This document shows positions 36,811-44,361 of a stretch of 64,000 nucleotides of DNA, piece after piece; within the stretch, counting starts at the first letter, position 1; each line of letters opens with the position of its first letter. The translations under genes were made by a program, and so were the position numbers. This DNA comes from a phage. Below the pieces are notes generated by a model. It did no database searches, was not told where the DNA came from, and saw only the letters and a program-made list of their open reading frames with translations. The DNA is taken from assembly GCA_020279385.1 (NCBI GenBank), contig GCA_020279385.1_4762.1. One strand, given 5' to 3'.

Positions 36811-37005
36811 TCAATGGTCAATAATCTTGCACATTATAACAGAAAGAACAAAGACCGCAACCCACATATAGATCCCAGCAATCAATGCAATTTCAATATC
36901 ACAATATCCAAGATATACAACAGGAATAAAAACAAACATACAGACCAGCGCAAAGAAACTAGCAAAGGCGCTCGAAAATCCGATGGCAGTATTACTAATC
37001 TTCAT
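36811..37005 (-). CDS. Small hydrophobic protein
   Basis: 64 aa. Confidence 0.4.
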   Translation of the reverse strand: MKISNTAIGFSSAFASFFALVCMFVFIPVVYLGYCDIEIALIAGIYMWVAVFVLSVIMCKIIDH

Positions 37006-37006
37006 G

Positions 37007-37189
37007 TTAACAATCCTCGCGGCTTAAGTCAACAGCAATTGCATACAGAATAATGAATATACTAGCAGATCCGAGAATCAACGCACCGTCACATTTTGAA
37101 ACTCGCTCATCAAAATGTAACATTATCCATCCGAGGATGTTAAAGGCGCAGACCGCGCCTATGTTCGCTAACCAATTAATCTTTTTCAT
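37007..37189 (-). CDS. Small hydrophobic protein
   Basis: 60 aa. Confidence 0.4.
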   Translation of the reverse strand: MKKINWLANIGAVCAFNILGWIMLHFDERVSKCDGALILGSASIFIILYAIAVDLSREDC

Positions 37190-37197
37190 AATATACC

Positions 37198-37524
37198 TTA
37201 GAAAGAAACAGTTTTCAAGAAATCCAGATTTTCAGTACCGAAAACAGAAAAGTAGTGTTTTCCTTTTTCGGTTTTAGAGAAAGCGATTGTCTTCTCTACA
37301 TGGTGACGGAAGCCAGACAGACGATCACCCAGGTCAAGGCGGCAAGCGTAAGTAGTGCCGTTTTCGAAAGTAACCTCGATTTGAGTTTTGTCATATTCGC
37401 TTTCATAGGCTTTTGCTGCCGCTTCCAGTGCTTTACGCTCGAAGTCTTCGAAGTGGAATACTTCGTTTGCGTTAGCGAATACAGAAGATTCAGAGAAGAT
37501 AACTTTAACAGATACTGGTTTCAT
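37198..37524 (-). CDS. Hypothetical protein
   Basis: 108 aa; RBS TAAGGAGTATCAAA. Confidence 0.55.
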   Translation of the reverse strand: MKPVSVKVIFSESSVFANANEVFHFEDFERKALEAAAKAYESEYDKTQIEVTFENGTTYACRLDLGDRLSGFRHHVEKTIAFSKTEKGKHYFSVFGTENLDFLKTVSF

Positions 37525-37621
37525 TTTGATACTCCTTAGTGTGTTTCGTTTCGATGAGGTAACTATACTCTAGCCACCTCATTAAGTTTTAACAAAAAGT
37601 GCTATTTTCTAGTTTAATGTA

Positions 37622-37765
37622 TCAATCCCAGACAATCCAAACCTGTATAGAAGACTTTGCATCTGGGTTATCTTTAAGGATTTTATCAATGGCATTGTTT
37701 AGCTTCTCTCTTGTTTTGAACAAACCAACAATACAACCCATTGCTTGTAATTTAAAAACTGGCAT
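37622..37765 (-). CDS. Small ORF (47 aa)
   Basis: Promoter 37799-37827, SD GGGGGT, ATG 37765; MPVFKLQAMGCIVGLFK... Confidence 0.3.
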   Translation of the reverse strand: MPVFKLQAMGCIVGLFKTREKLNNAIDKILKDNPDAKSSIQVWIVWD

Positions 37766-37798
37766 TTTACCCCCATATCTTCTCGTTTCGATGGGTGT

Positions 37799-37827
37799 AT
37801 TATGCTATACACCATCTCGTATGTCAA
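37799..37827 (-). promoter_or_regulatory. Early promoter TTGACA-N17-CATAAT
   Basis: GGTGTAT/ATACACC palindrome around -10. Confidence 0.5.
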
Positions 37828-37834
37828 CAACTTT

Positions 37835-38023
37835 TTAGTCTTTTTTCATAATTTCTAGAGCAGTTTCTACAGCACCTTTCCAACCCTCCCACATAATGGA
37901 CATAGTAATGAAGTTAAAGCACCCACAGGAATCAACCTTTTTAGAGATAAACCATTCTACAAACGCTTCGCTCATACCATGCTCTTTAGCGGATTCGCGT
38001 AATTGTTCAATTTGGTCTTCCAT
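37835..38023 (-). CDS. Hypothetical protein
   Basis: 62 aa; RBS GAGGTGATACT. Confidence 0.45.
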   Translation of the reverse strand: MEDQIEQLRESAKEHGMSEAFVEWFISKKVDSCGCFNFITMSIMWEGWKGAVETALEIMKKD

Positions 38024-38045
38024 AGTATCACCTCAACAATTAACG

Positions 38046-38240
38046 TTATTCAAACTCAAACGGTTTATTCAACCTACTGTAAAAGTACATATAACAAGCA
38101 TAGTTTTGTTTTGGCTGTACCGTATCAGATAGACACGCTTTTACAGCCTCGCGGTCCGATGGATCTACACCCTCAGCTTTAAGTAATGCTAAAATCTGGT
38201 TATAGCGTACTCTTAGTTGTACTAATGGTTTATCCCCCAT
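38046..38240 (-). CDS. Hypothetical protein
   Basis: 64 aa. Confidence 0.45.
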   Translation of the reverse strand: MGDKPLVQLRVRYNQILALLKAEGVDPSDREAVKACLSDTVQPKQNYACYMYFYSRLNKPFEFE

Positions 38241-38249
38241 ATTACCCCC

Positions 38250-38471
38250 TTATAGTTGATCAGCGATGTAAGCGTGACAAGCGCGGAGTTTCATTAATGC
38301 ACTACCTTTCACTTCGCCTACGATGTTCATAACTTCTAAGCGGTCGGATGGATTCATCTTAGAGCACCAGATCTGGTTAGCCAATTCCAGTTTACTCATA
38401 TTTGGTTCCATCTCAAACAGTTCGCGCTCAAAGTCGATAATTTCTTTTGCTGCGTCTTTAAAGTTAATCAT
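38250..38471 (-). CDS. Hypothetical protein
   Basis: 73 aa; GGAGAATCAAA RBS; promoter 38501-38529. Confidence 0.5.
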   Translation of the reverse strand: MINFKDAAKEIIDFERELFEMEPNMSKLELANQIWCSKMNPSDRLEVMNIVGEVKGSALMKLRACHAYIADQL

Positions 38472-38500
38472 TTTGATTCTCCCGTTTCGTTGATGGTTGT

Positions 38501-38529
38501 ATTGTAGGGGAGTTATCCTCCCCTGTCAA
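38501..38529 (-). promoter_or_regulatory. Early promoter TTGACA-[GGGGAGGATAACTCCCC]-TACAAT
   Basis: Palindromic spacer. Confidence 0.5.
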
Positions 38530-38537
38530 CACTTTTA

Positions 38538-38723
38538 TCAGAAATATGCAATATAGTTTGCCAGTCCTACAGAGTCATCATTCGGCATTGCTTTTACTGC
38601 CAGTTCAAACCCTGCTTCAACTTTCTGTTTAGCGGATTCTTCGTTATAACCCCAGATTACCAGAATAGCTACTACGTTTTCTTTGCTTACTTCTTTCAGT
38701 GCTTTAGTGATGCGACGTGCCAT
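38538..38723 (-). CDS. Hypothetical protein
   Basis: 61 aa; GGAGAATCAAATT RBS; promoter 38770-38798. Confidence 0.5.
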   Translation of the reverse strand: MARRITKALKEVSKENVVAILVIWGYNEESAKQKVEAGFELAVKAMPNDDSVGLANYIAYF

Positions 38724-38769
38724 AATTTGATTCTCCGTTTAAGAAAGTGTGTTTCGTTTCGATGGGTGT

Positions 38770-38798
38770 ATTATGCTATAGGCCGGATCTGGTGTCAA
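38770..38798 (-). promoter_or_regulatory. Early promoter TTGACA-N17-CATAAT
   Basis: Directly downstream of terminator 38822-38851. Confidence 0.5.
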
Positions 38799-38821
38799 CA
38801 ACTTTTTTAAAAAAATTTTAG

Positions 38822-38851
38822 GCAATAAAAAAGCCACTCCGAAGAGTGGCT
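38822..38851 (-). terminator. Intrinsic terminator
   Basis: GCCACTC-TTCG-GAGTGGC hairpin plus UUUUUUAUU. Confidence 0.7.
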
Positions 38852-39001
38852 TATAGGGAAGGTAGCGAATCTTCCTTGTCTCCAACCTGCTAGCGGCCTA
38901 GCAAGTGAATGCTTTAGCGTACCGGATAGCCCACATACGCTGTAATAAATGCGGCTAGGTGACGTCCAAATCATTCTAACCGCGCTGTCTTTAGTTCACT
39001 A

Positions 39002-39220
39002 TTATTTATATCGCTTTCTCTCGCGACGTTTTTTATCTTCTTCCTTGATAGAGTTAAATGCATCAAAAAGACACATGACACTAATAATAAACATAACCGT
39101 ATTTTCTACGATATCCCACGGCTTCGCATCAGTACAGATCCCCCAAACGGTAAGAAATGCAAATAAGGCAGAAGAGATCACAAGCATGATACTTGCTAAG
39201 ATATAAAAAGTCATTTTCAT
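39002..39220 (-). CDS. Small hydrophobic protein
   Basis: 72 aa. Confidence 0.4.
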   Translation of the reverse strand: MKMTFYILASIMLVISSALFAFLTVWGICTDAKPWDIVENTVMFIISVMCLFDAFNSIKEEDKKRRERKRYK

Positions 39221-39411
39221 GGTTTTACCTCAATTCTTCGATATTCATCACACATCCACGCAGTAAGCAAGAATCCCAACACATAAGCAACAAAATACGT
39301 TAATGCTTCTTCTGGTTCGGTGCTATGCGTCATCATCAGACTAGCGAGAAAGGTCTTAACAATTACATTTAAAATAATTAGCCACGCAAATAATTTCATC
39401 GTTTGCCCCAT
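39217..39411 (-). CDS. Small hydrophobic protein
   Basis: 64 aa. Confidence 0.4.
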   Translation of the reverse strand: MGQTMKLFAWLIILNVIVKTFLASLMMTHSTEPEEALTYFVAYVLGFLLTAWMCDEYRRIEVKP

Positions 39412-39635
39412 TTCGGTCGAGTCTTTTCAAACTTATACATTCCGTAACAATCTCGAATCATCCACGTAACAAGAGCACCAGTCAACACAGACAATACACA
39501 GAAGAAGTAAAACGGTCCGGTTGCATTATCAACATGAGCAAGCCAGGTAAAGAAAACACATGCTAAGAATGTAAAGATCATCATAAAGCACAAGAAAGCG
39601 AAATATTTTATACTACTCATAGCGCCACCATACAA
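39396..39635 (-). CDS. Small hydrophobic protein
   Basis: 79 aa. Confidence 0.4.
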   Translation of the reverse strand: MYGGAMSSIKYFAFLCFMMIFTFLACVFFTWLAHVDNATGPFYFFCVLSVLTGALVTWMIRDCYGMYKFEKTRPKWGKR

Positions 39636-39723
39636 AAGATCATAAGAAAACCCAACGCAATAAGAATTGCATCAAATTTAGTGAACTCCGGTCCACCTAT
39701 CAACATCATTCGTTCTATTTCGT

Positions 39724-39966
39724 TCATAGCGTACAAAGCCATTTAAAAGCACCACATAAAGCGAGCAGAATACTAGGTATAAACGAGACCATAACAAGTT
39801 TGCAAAAATCATCTAAGGTAACACCGGAATAGCTACCTACTGTAACAACACCGATCATCAGACACAGAAAGAAAACAAATGCAATCATAAACAAAGTATT
39901 GCTAAACAGTTTAGTGATCATTAGACACCCCACGACGATCAATTTCAAAAACTTTTTTATCATCAA
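39724..39966 (-). CDS. Small hydrophobic protein
   Basis: 80 aa; start uncertain. Confidence 0.4.
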   Translation of the reverse strand: MMIKKFLKLIVVGCLMITKLFSNTLFMIAFVFFLCLMIGVVTVGSYSGVTLDDFCKLVMVSFIPSILLALCGAFKWLCTL

Positions 39967-40114
39967 CGAAGCATGTCACAACTGCCTCGTTGACTTCCGC
40001 AAATTGTTGTGTCACCCACTTAAGGTCAGAGCGAAACAATGTTCTATTAATAACAAATGTTTTACCGCTCTTATCCTTACCCATAAATTTTGCTTTAACC
40101 ATATCCAATTCCAT
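39911..40114 (-). CDS. Hypothetical protein
   Basis: 67 aa. Confidence 0.4.
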   Translation of the reverse strand: MELDMVKAKFMGKDKSGKTFVINRTLFRSDLKWVTQQFAEVNEAVVTCFVDDKKVFEIDRRGVSNDH

Positions 40115-40123
40115 ATTATCACC

Positions 40124-40282
40124 TTATTTGCTAATCGCTAAACCCAATCCGAAGAGAGCACCCGATGCTACAGTATACCCGAAAGTTTCAAAGGCAGTAA
40201 AGATATCTAAGCCACCAGCTAACAGAGTTGCAGTAAACAGAGTACCAGCTACGAACATAAAAGTTTTACCGATGAATTTCAT
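40124..40282 (-). CDS. Small hydrophobic protein (52 aa)
   Basis: Promoter 40314-40342, SD GGAGAATCAAA, ATG 40282; MKFIGKTFMFVAGTLF...; below ORF-track cut-off. Confidence 0.35.
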   Translation of the reverse strand: MKFIGKTFMFVAGTLFTATLLAGGLDIFTAFETFGYTVASGALFGLGLAISK

Positions 40283-40313
40283 TTTGATTCTCCTTTCGTT
40301 TGTTTGTGGGGGT

Positions 40314-40342
40314 ATCTTACTACCCCCGTTTCATGTTGTCAA
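40314..40342 (-). promoter_or_regulatory. Early promoter TTGACA-N17-TAAGAT with GGGGGTA/TACCCCC palindrome
   Basis: Upstream of 40124-40282. Confidence 0.45.
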
Positions 40343-40348
40343 CTATTT

Positions 40349-40726
40349 TTAAGAATATTTTACTTCGTCTACAATGTCTTTCATGACATTGATTTCCATT
40401 CCGGTCAGAACACGTTGGAACATGTGCTGCACATACGCTTTCAGGTATTCATTTGATGGCTTGCTATCGAAAGTCTTTTTAGTGTAGTAGTCATCACCGA
40501 AAGCTACTGTAATTATATTTTCGTCGTCGTTCCAAGCGATATAAGCAAATTTGCCGTTATCCCAGAAGCGAGCACTAATTGCTACTTTTGTTGAATCGAA
40601 TCCTACTTCGCTGTGAGATTCAAGAACTACTTGCGTGCCAGTTTCTTTATGAATGTAGTAGCGGGATACTAAGTCAAAGTTACGGGTGTAGTGACATTCG
40701 AATTTATCTTTAAACATCATCATCAT
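40349..40726 (-). CDS. Hypothetical protein
   Basis: 125 aa; promoter 40764-40792. Confidence 0.55.
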   Translation of the reverse strand: MMMMFKDKFECHYTRNFDLVSRYYIHKETGTQVVLESHSEVGFDSTKVAISARFWDNGKFAYIAWNDDENIITVAFGDDYYTKKTFDSKPSNEYLKAYVQHMFQRVLTGMEINVMKDIVDEVKYS

Positions 40727-40763
40727 TTTGATTCTCCTAAGTGTGTTTCGTTTCTATGTGTGC

Positions 40764-40792
40764 ATTATGCTATAGTCGTTTATGGTTGTCAA
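40764..40792 (-). promoter_or_regulatory. Early promoter TTGACA-N17-CATAAT
   Basis: Directly downstream of terminator 40798-40828. Confidence 0.5.
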
Positions 40793-40797
40793 CAACT

Positions 40798-40828
40798 AAA
40801 AACAAAAAACCCCGAAAAATTTTCGGGG
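40798..40828 (-). terminator. Intrinsic terminator after 57B
   Basis: CCCCGAAAA-UU-UUUCGGGG hairpin plus UUUUUUGUUUUU. Confidence 0.65.
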
Positions 40829-40835
40829 TATAAAA

Positions 40836-41306
40836 TTACAGTTTGGTCGTCCACTCCAGGTCTAGATCTTCGACATACTCATGAGATCGGACAATCTCTA
40901 AATCGAACTCTAGGTCAGTGCCAAATTTACGCGCACCAACATCATAAGAAAGCGTGATATGCGGTACATATTCAGGATAATCCCACGTCGCACCTAAAGC
41001 AGTGCCGATATCGTGTCTGAATTGCATGTAGTCGCTTTCAAATGCCAGCACAAGCGCATTAGTACCGGATTGAGTTTCAAACACTTTCAGATGGCATAGA
41101 GAGCCTAAGAACTTCTCCCCTTCTTCTGGGATAAACGGAACATAGACACGAGAATATAAGATAGTGCTATGCAGTTTATCACGAGGAACGGCATTAGGCA
41201 GATCGTAGAACTCCTGCAATTTTTCAATGCGGTCTAGTGTATCCTCAGTGAATTTAACCGCCGCATATGTACCTTTAACGGATTCTCTAAACGGGGTCAT
41301 AATCAA
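40836..41306 (-). CDS. 57B: 2H phosphodiesterase, Acb1/gp57B-like (anti-CBASS candidate)
   Basis: 156 aa; two HxTx motifs (KLHSTILYS, PHITLSY); sits directly upstream of 57A as T4 57B does. Confidence 0.7.
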   Translation of the reverse strand: MIMTPFRESVKGTYAAVKFTEDTLDRIEKLQEFYDLPNAVPRDKLHSTILYSRVYVPFIPEEGEKFLGSLCHLKVFETQSGTNALVLAFESDYMQFRHDIGTALGATWDYPEYVPHITLSYDVGARKFGTDLEFDLEIVRSHEYVEDLDLEWTTKL

Positions 41307-41569
41307 GCCTCCGTGATCAGTTCTACTTCCTCTTCTGCGTCTTCCGCTGCTTTGTCTTTAGGGAGAAGTGCTTTCACTTCTTCGACAATAGCATCAAGGG
41401 AAACAGTGCCGTTTTCGTCTGGCTGAATACCCAGAATGCGTACCAGTTCCATCAATACACGCTCACGATCTTTCAGTTGGCCTTCTAAGAATGCGGCCTT
41501 TTCTTGAGTGTCAAACAGACGTACTTTCAGGACATTAATCATTTGTTCATGCTGATTGGACATATTCAC
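41303..41569 (-). CDS. 57A: Tail-fibre assembly chaperone gp57A
   Basis: 88 aa acidic coiled-coil protein at the 57A position; LDAIVEEVKAL resembles T4 gp57A. Confidence 0.75.
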   Translation of the reverse strand: MNMSNQHEQMINVLKVRLFDTQEKAAFLEGQLKDRERVLMELVRILGIQPDENGTVSLDAIVEEVKALLPKDKAAEDAEEEVELITEA

Positions 41570-41595
41570 ATCTCCTACTTGTTGATAACTTTTTA

Positions 41596-42252
41596 TTAAA
41601 TGTTCGCGAGAATCGCGCTTTCAAATTCTTCTAATGTACCATTATTTATGATAATGGTTTCACCGTCAATAGGCAAAATTCCTTTTTCGGTGGAGTGAGT
41701 CGATACAATACCAGTATCACGCTGAATATGCAACACCTTAGCACCCATAGCACGCATGAGAGCAATTTCAATAGGCTGACGCACATCAACCACTACAAAA
41801 TACCCTTCTTCATTTTTGCGCTTCATAAACTCATTCACGAAGAGATTACACCAATAAAGCGGATTGATCAAGTTAACCATTATATCAGTACCGAGAGTGG
41901 TTAACATGAGACGAATAGACCAGACGTTATTATGTTTTTCGCCGATCTCATTAACGACCTTGTAAATCTCAGCCAGACGATCACAAGTAAAGGAACTACC
42001 GCCATACTTCGAATCTAGCATAAGCAGACACTGAATAAACCACTTATGCGCGGTATAGGTATCAATACCTAGATCGGCTTCTCTGTCACGCCCTAACCCG
42101 TCAAAGTCAAGATAAGTCAGACCTAAGTCTGGTTGACATTCGCATAAGATTTCTTTGATCGGTGCTGCCAGTTGATAACTATGTCCATCAATTATTAACG
42201 CGGCAGTGTCTTTTCCTACTCGCTTTTTACCACAAAGTGCAATCAATTTCAT
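41596..42252 (-). CDS. 1: dNMP kinase gp1
   Basis: MKLIALCGKKRVGKDT P-loop and colinearity with T4 gp1. Confidence 0.9.
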   Translation of the reverse strand: MKLIALCGKKRVGKDTAALIIDGHSYQLAAPIKEILCECQPDLGLTYLDFDGLGRDREADLGIDTYTAHKWFIQCLLMLDSKYGGSSFTCDRLAEIYKVVNEIGEKHNNVWSIRLMLTTLGTDIMVNLINPLYWCNLFVNEFMKRKNEEGYFVVVDVRQPIEIALMRAMGAKVLHIQRDTGIVSTHSTEKGILPIDGETIIINNGTLEEFESAILANI

Positions 42253-42267
42253 TATATAAGCCTCTTA

Positions 42268-42858
42268 TTACTTTCTAAAAGCAGGGTGCATAGCTTTAAT
42301 ACCTTCCACCCGTTGACGATCCGCCGCCTGAATTGCTGGGCGAGGAACGATCAGTTGACCATCACGTTCAATGCTCATTGTTTTAAAGGGAAGAATTGCA
42401 GTACACACCAGAGATTCATGCATATCATCGGTGTATGTTAACTCAAGTTCCCCCAATTGTGAACACCAACAACCATAAAAGTTAAAAGTGCACACAATGT
42501 TACGTCGTTCGTTGTCCATCATGTGAACTTGAACGGCTTCCGGCATTGAATCCTTCCACGCAGTGGAGTTACCGTTATTGTAGTCTACTATAGAAAGCAT
42601 CCATGTGTAAAGGTTTAGATAGCTTTCCAAATGCTCATCGACAATAAACCGGACTACCAACGGGTCAAACTCCACATGACTAGACGGATAATCAGCGACC
42701 GCCAAACCATATTGACCAGCAACTTGCTTAGTCGGTGGAATGGTTATAGCCGGGAGTGTAACACCTTGAGCATTTAAAGTAAAGCCTTTTGTTAGTTGTC
42801 CATCTGGAATATTGATCTGCCAGTTGCTGGGGTTAGCATAGTTAAAGAGATTAGACAT
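42268..42858 (-). CDS. 3: Tail completion/sheath stabiliser gp3 (by synteny)
   Basis: 196-aa ORF at the gene 3 position between gene 1 and gene 2; late-promoter-like TAATAAATA upstream. Confidence 0.6.
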   Translation of the reverse strand: MSNLFNYANPSNWQINIPDGQLTKGFTLNAQGVTLPAITIPPTKQVAGQYGLAVADYPSSHVEFDPLVVRFIVDEHLESYLNLYTWMLSIVDYNNGNSTAWKDSMPEAVQVHMMDNERRNIVCTFNFYGCWCSQLGELELTYTDDMHESLVCTAILPFKTMSIERDGQLIVPRPAIQAADRQRVEGIKAMHPAFRK

Positions 42859-42879
42859 TACTGATTCCTCAAATGAAAA

Positions 42880-42888
42880 TATTTATTA
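42880..42888 (-). promoter_or_regulatory. Late-promoter-like TAATAAATA (gene 3)
   Basis: One mismatch to TATAAATA, about 22 nt upstream of gene 3 ATG. Confidence 0.35.
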
Positions 42889-43012
42889 ACAATTGTCGCT
42901 TTGCGACGTGCCGGAGGCACTGACTACTTTTTAACCGAAACAAATTTTTATTATTCTAAAGATCTTTCTTCGTTTTGGTTATGTTTTAACCAATAACTAT
43001 ATTTTTATACAG

Positions 43013-43021
43013 TAATAAATA
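43013..43021 (+). promoter_or_regulatory. Late-promoter-like TAATAAATA (84-aa ORF)
   Basis: Same 9-mer as at gene 3, divergent orientation. Confidence 0.35.
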
Positions 43022-43047
43022 AAACGGGTACTATACGAGGACTTCTT

Positions 43048-43302
43048 ATGACAGAAGACATTTTGTTAAAACTCTATGATCGTCTGGATAACGAATTAGC
43101 AACATTGCGGGGTGAAGTTCTCTATTTGTCTAAATGCAATACAGATCTGCTTAAGCAGATTGCAGAAAGGGATGATCAAATAAAATCCCTTTCAGGTGCA
43201 TTACGTGATCGCGACAAGGCATTAGAGATTTTACAGCGTGTTACCAATAAGGAAGAATTAAAAGACTTCTTACATGGTTATGCTCATGCTATCGATCTAT
43301 AA
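43048..43302 (+). CDS. Hypothetical coiled-coil protein
   Basis: 84-aa plus-strand ORF with TAATAAATA late-promoter-like motif 27 nt upstream and terminator hairpin downstream. Confidence 0.5.
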   Translation: MTEDILLKLYDRLDNELATLRGEVLYLSKCNTDLLKQIAERDDQIKSLSGALRDRDKALEILQRVTNKEELKDFLHGYAHAIDL

Positions 43303-43305
43303 TAA

Positions 43306-43330
43306 AAAAGCCCGTCATTGACGGGCTTAA
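43306..43330. terminator. Bidirectional terminator between convergent genes
   Basis: AAGCCCGTCA-aT-GACGGGCTT hairpin, U-rich on both sides. Confidence 0.6.
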
Positions 43331-43332
43331 TT

Positions 43333-44361
43333 TTAATATGTATCAGCTAATTTAATTATGTTATCAAGTTCCGTGATTGGTAAAGTTTCTGTGTATCCAT
43401 CTTTCAACATGGATTTATCAACAACGCCACAATGATAAGTTCTCTTTATTTCCTTTTCAAGTTCCCACGGAATCCTGCCATCAACACTTTGTTTGACGTA
43501 AACAAGTTTGTGAACAAACTTAGATTTCTGCATATGTTGTTTCATTCTGGTTTCCGGTAATTCATTGGTTACACCAAACTTTATAAATTTATCATCTAAC
43601 GTCTGGATATAAAAATATCCCATCTCAGATGGACGATAGCCAGAAGAACTACATTTCGGACACCCTTTAGCGTTTCTGTTGAACGTACAATATCTTACAG
43701 AATTTTCTGCGTCATGTTTTGTACATTTAAGTTTTATCCATGAATTTGCAGTACCTATCCATTCACCATCGACACCTATATATTCATACCCTAACTTTTT
43801 ACATTTATCTTCTATTCTAGATAGTGCATCTTCCACGGGAACGACATATTCCGTCTTAAATTGTTCAGCCGCACATTTCTTACAACCACATGTACCATGA
43901 TTTTTAAAATCAAAGAACTTTGTATTCTTCCAAATATGGTCATGTTTCTTGCATCTAAGAATCATCTTAGTAACTTGTGATTTCCAGCCACCAACAAATC
44001 CCAAAAATTCATAATCAAGATCTTTACATTTTTCTTCAATGAATTTGGTTGCTTCCTCTTCTGTCATAACTCCCCTACATTGAGGGCAACCAACAATAAC
44101 CTTTTTAGCATAGAAACTATTACTGGAAACATCATAGACAGTTCCATGCTTATTGCATTGGATAACAGATCTAGTCAATTTTCCTTTCCATTCTCCAGAA
44201 AATCCTAAGAATGTATGGTCGACAAGTTTACACCTTTCAATAACTTTATCCGCAAATTCTCTAGGAGATTTTGTTACCTTGTTTACTCTGTATTCTATTT
44301 TTTCCGGTTGACGAAGATAATAAACGTGGGGATTGCTCCCCACGGAATTAATATTAAGCAT
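43333..44361 (-). CDS. Putative homing-endonuclease-like nuclease (three Zn-ribbon repeats + C-terminal GIY-YIG-like motif)
   Basis: 342 aa from ATG 44361 just after gene 2 stop; three about 45-aa repeats (GxWxG..CxKH..CxxC) and GYFYIQT...KFGVT; inserted between genes 3 and 2. Confidence 0.6.
   Translation of the reverse strand: MLNINSVGSNPHVYYLRQPEKIEYRVNKVTKSPREFADKVIERCKLVDHTFLGFSGEWKGKLTRSVIQCNKHGTVYDVSSNSFYAKKVIVGCPQCRGVMTEEEATKFIEEKCKDLDYEFLGFVGGWKSQVTKMILRCKKHDHIWKNTKFFDFKNHGTCGCKKCAAEQFKTEYVVPVEDALSRIEDKCKKLGYEYIGVDGEWIGTANSWIKLKCTKHDAENSVRYCTFNRNAKGCPKCSSSGYRPSEMGYFYIQTLDDKFIKFGVTNELPETRMKQHMQKSKFVHKLVYVKQSVDGRIPWELEKEIKRTYHCGVVDKSMLKDGYTETLPITELDNIIKLADTY

Noticed and set aside
38852-39000. 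tRNA gene
   Set aside because: No canonical cloverleaf could be drawn: no GTTCRANYC-type T-loop with a 5-bp stem and no 7-bp acceptor pairing on either strand; kept only as a generic small-RNA candidate.
38846-39013. 55-codon ORF inside the candidate small-RNA interval
   Set aside because: No Shine-Dalgarno sequence; the frame runs through the terminator hairpin and U-tract.
6349-40792. Repeated about 30-60-bp GC-palindrome-containing elements as a possible CRISPR array
   Set aside because: Copies are separated by whole genes (hundreds to thousands of bp), are not evenly spaced, and contain sigma70 -35/-10 hexamers positioned upstream of ORFs; they are promoters, not CRISPR repeats.
40691-40957. 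Plus-strand 88-aa ORF sharing the peptide ...VHYAI..YSGCQ.LKTK.P... with plus-strand ORF 27735-27929
   Set aside because: The shared peptide is the antisense translation of the repeated promoter element, so the similarity reflects the DNA repeat, not a protein family.
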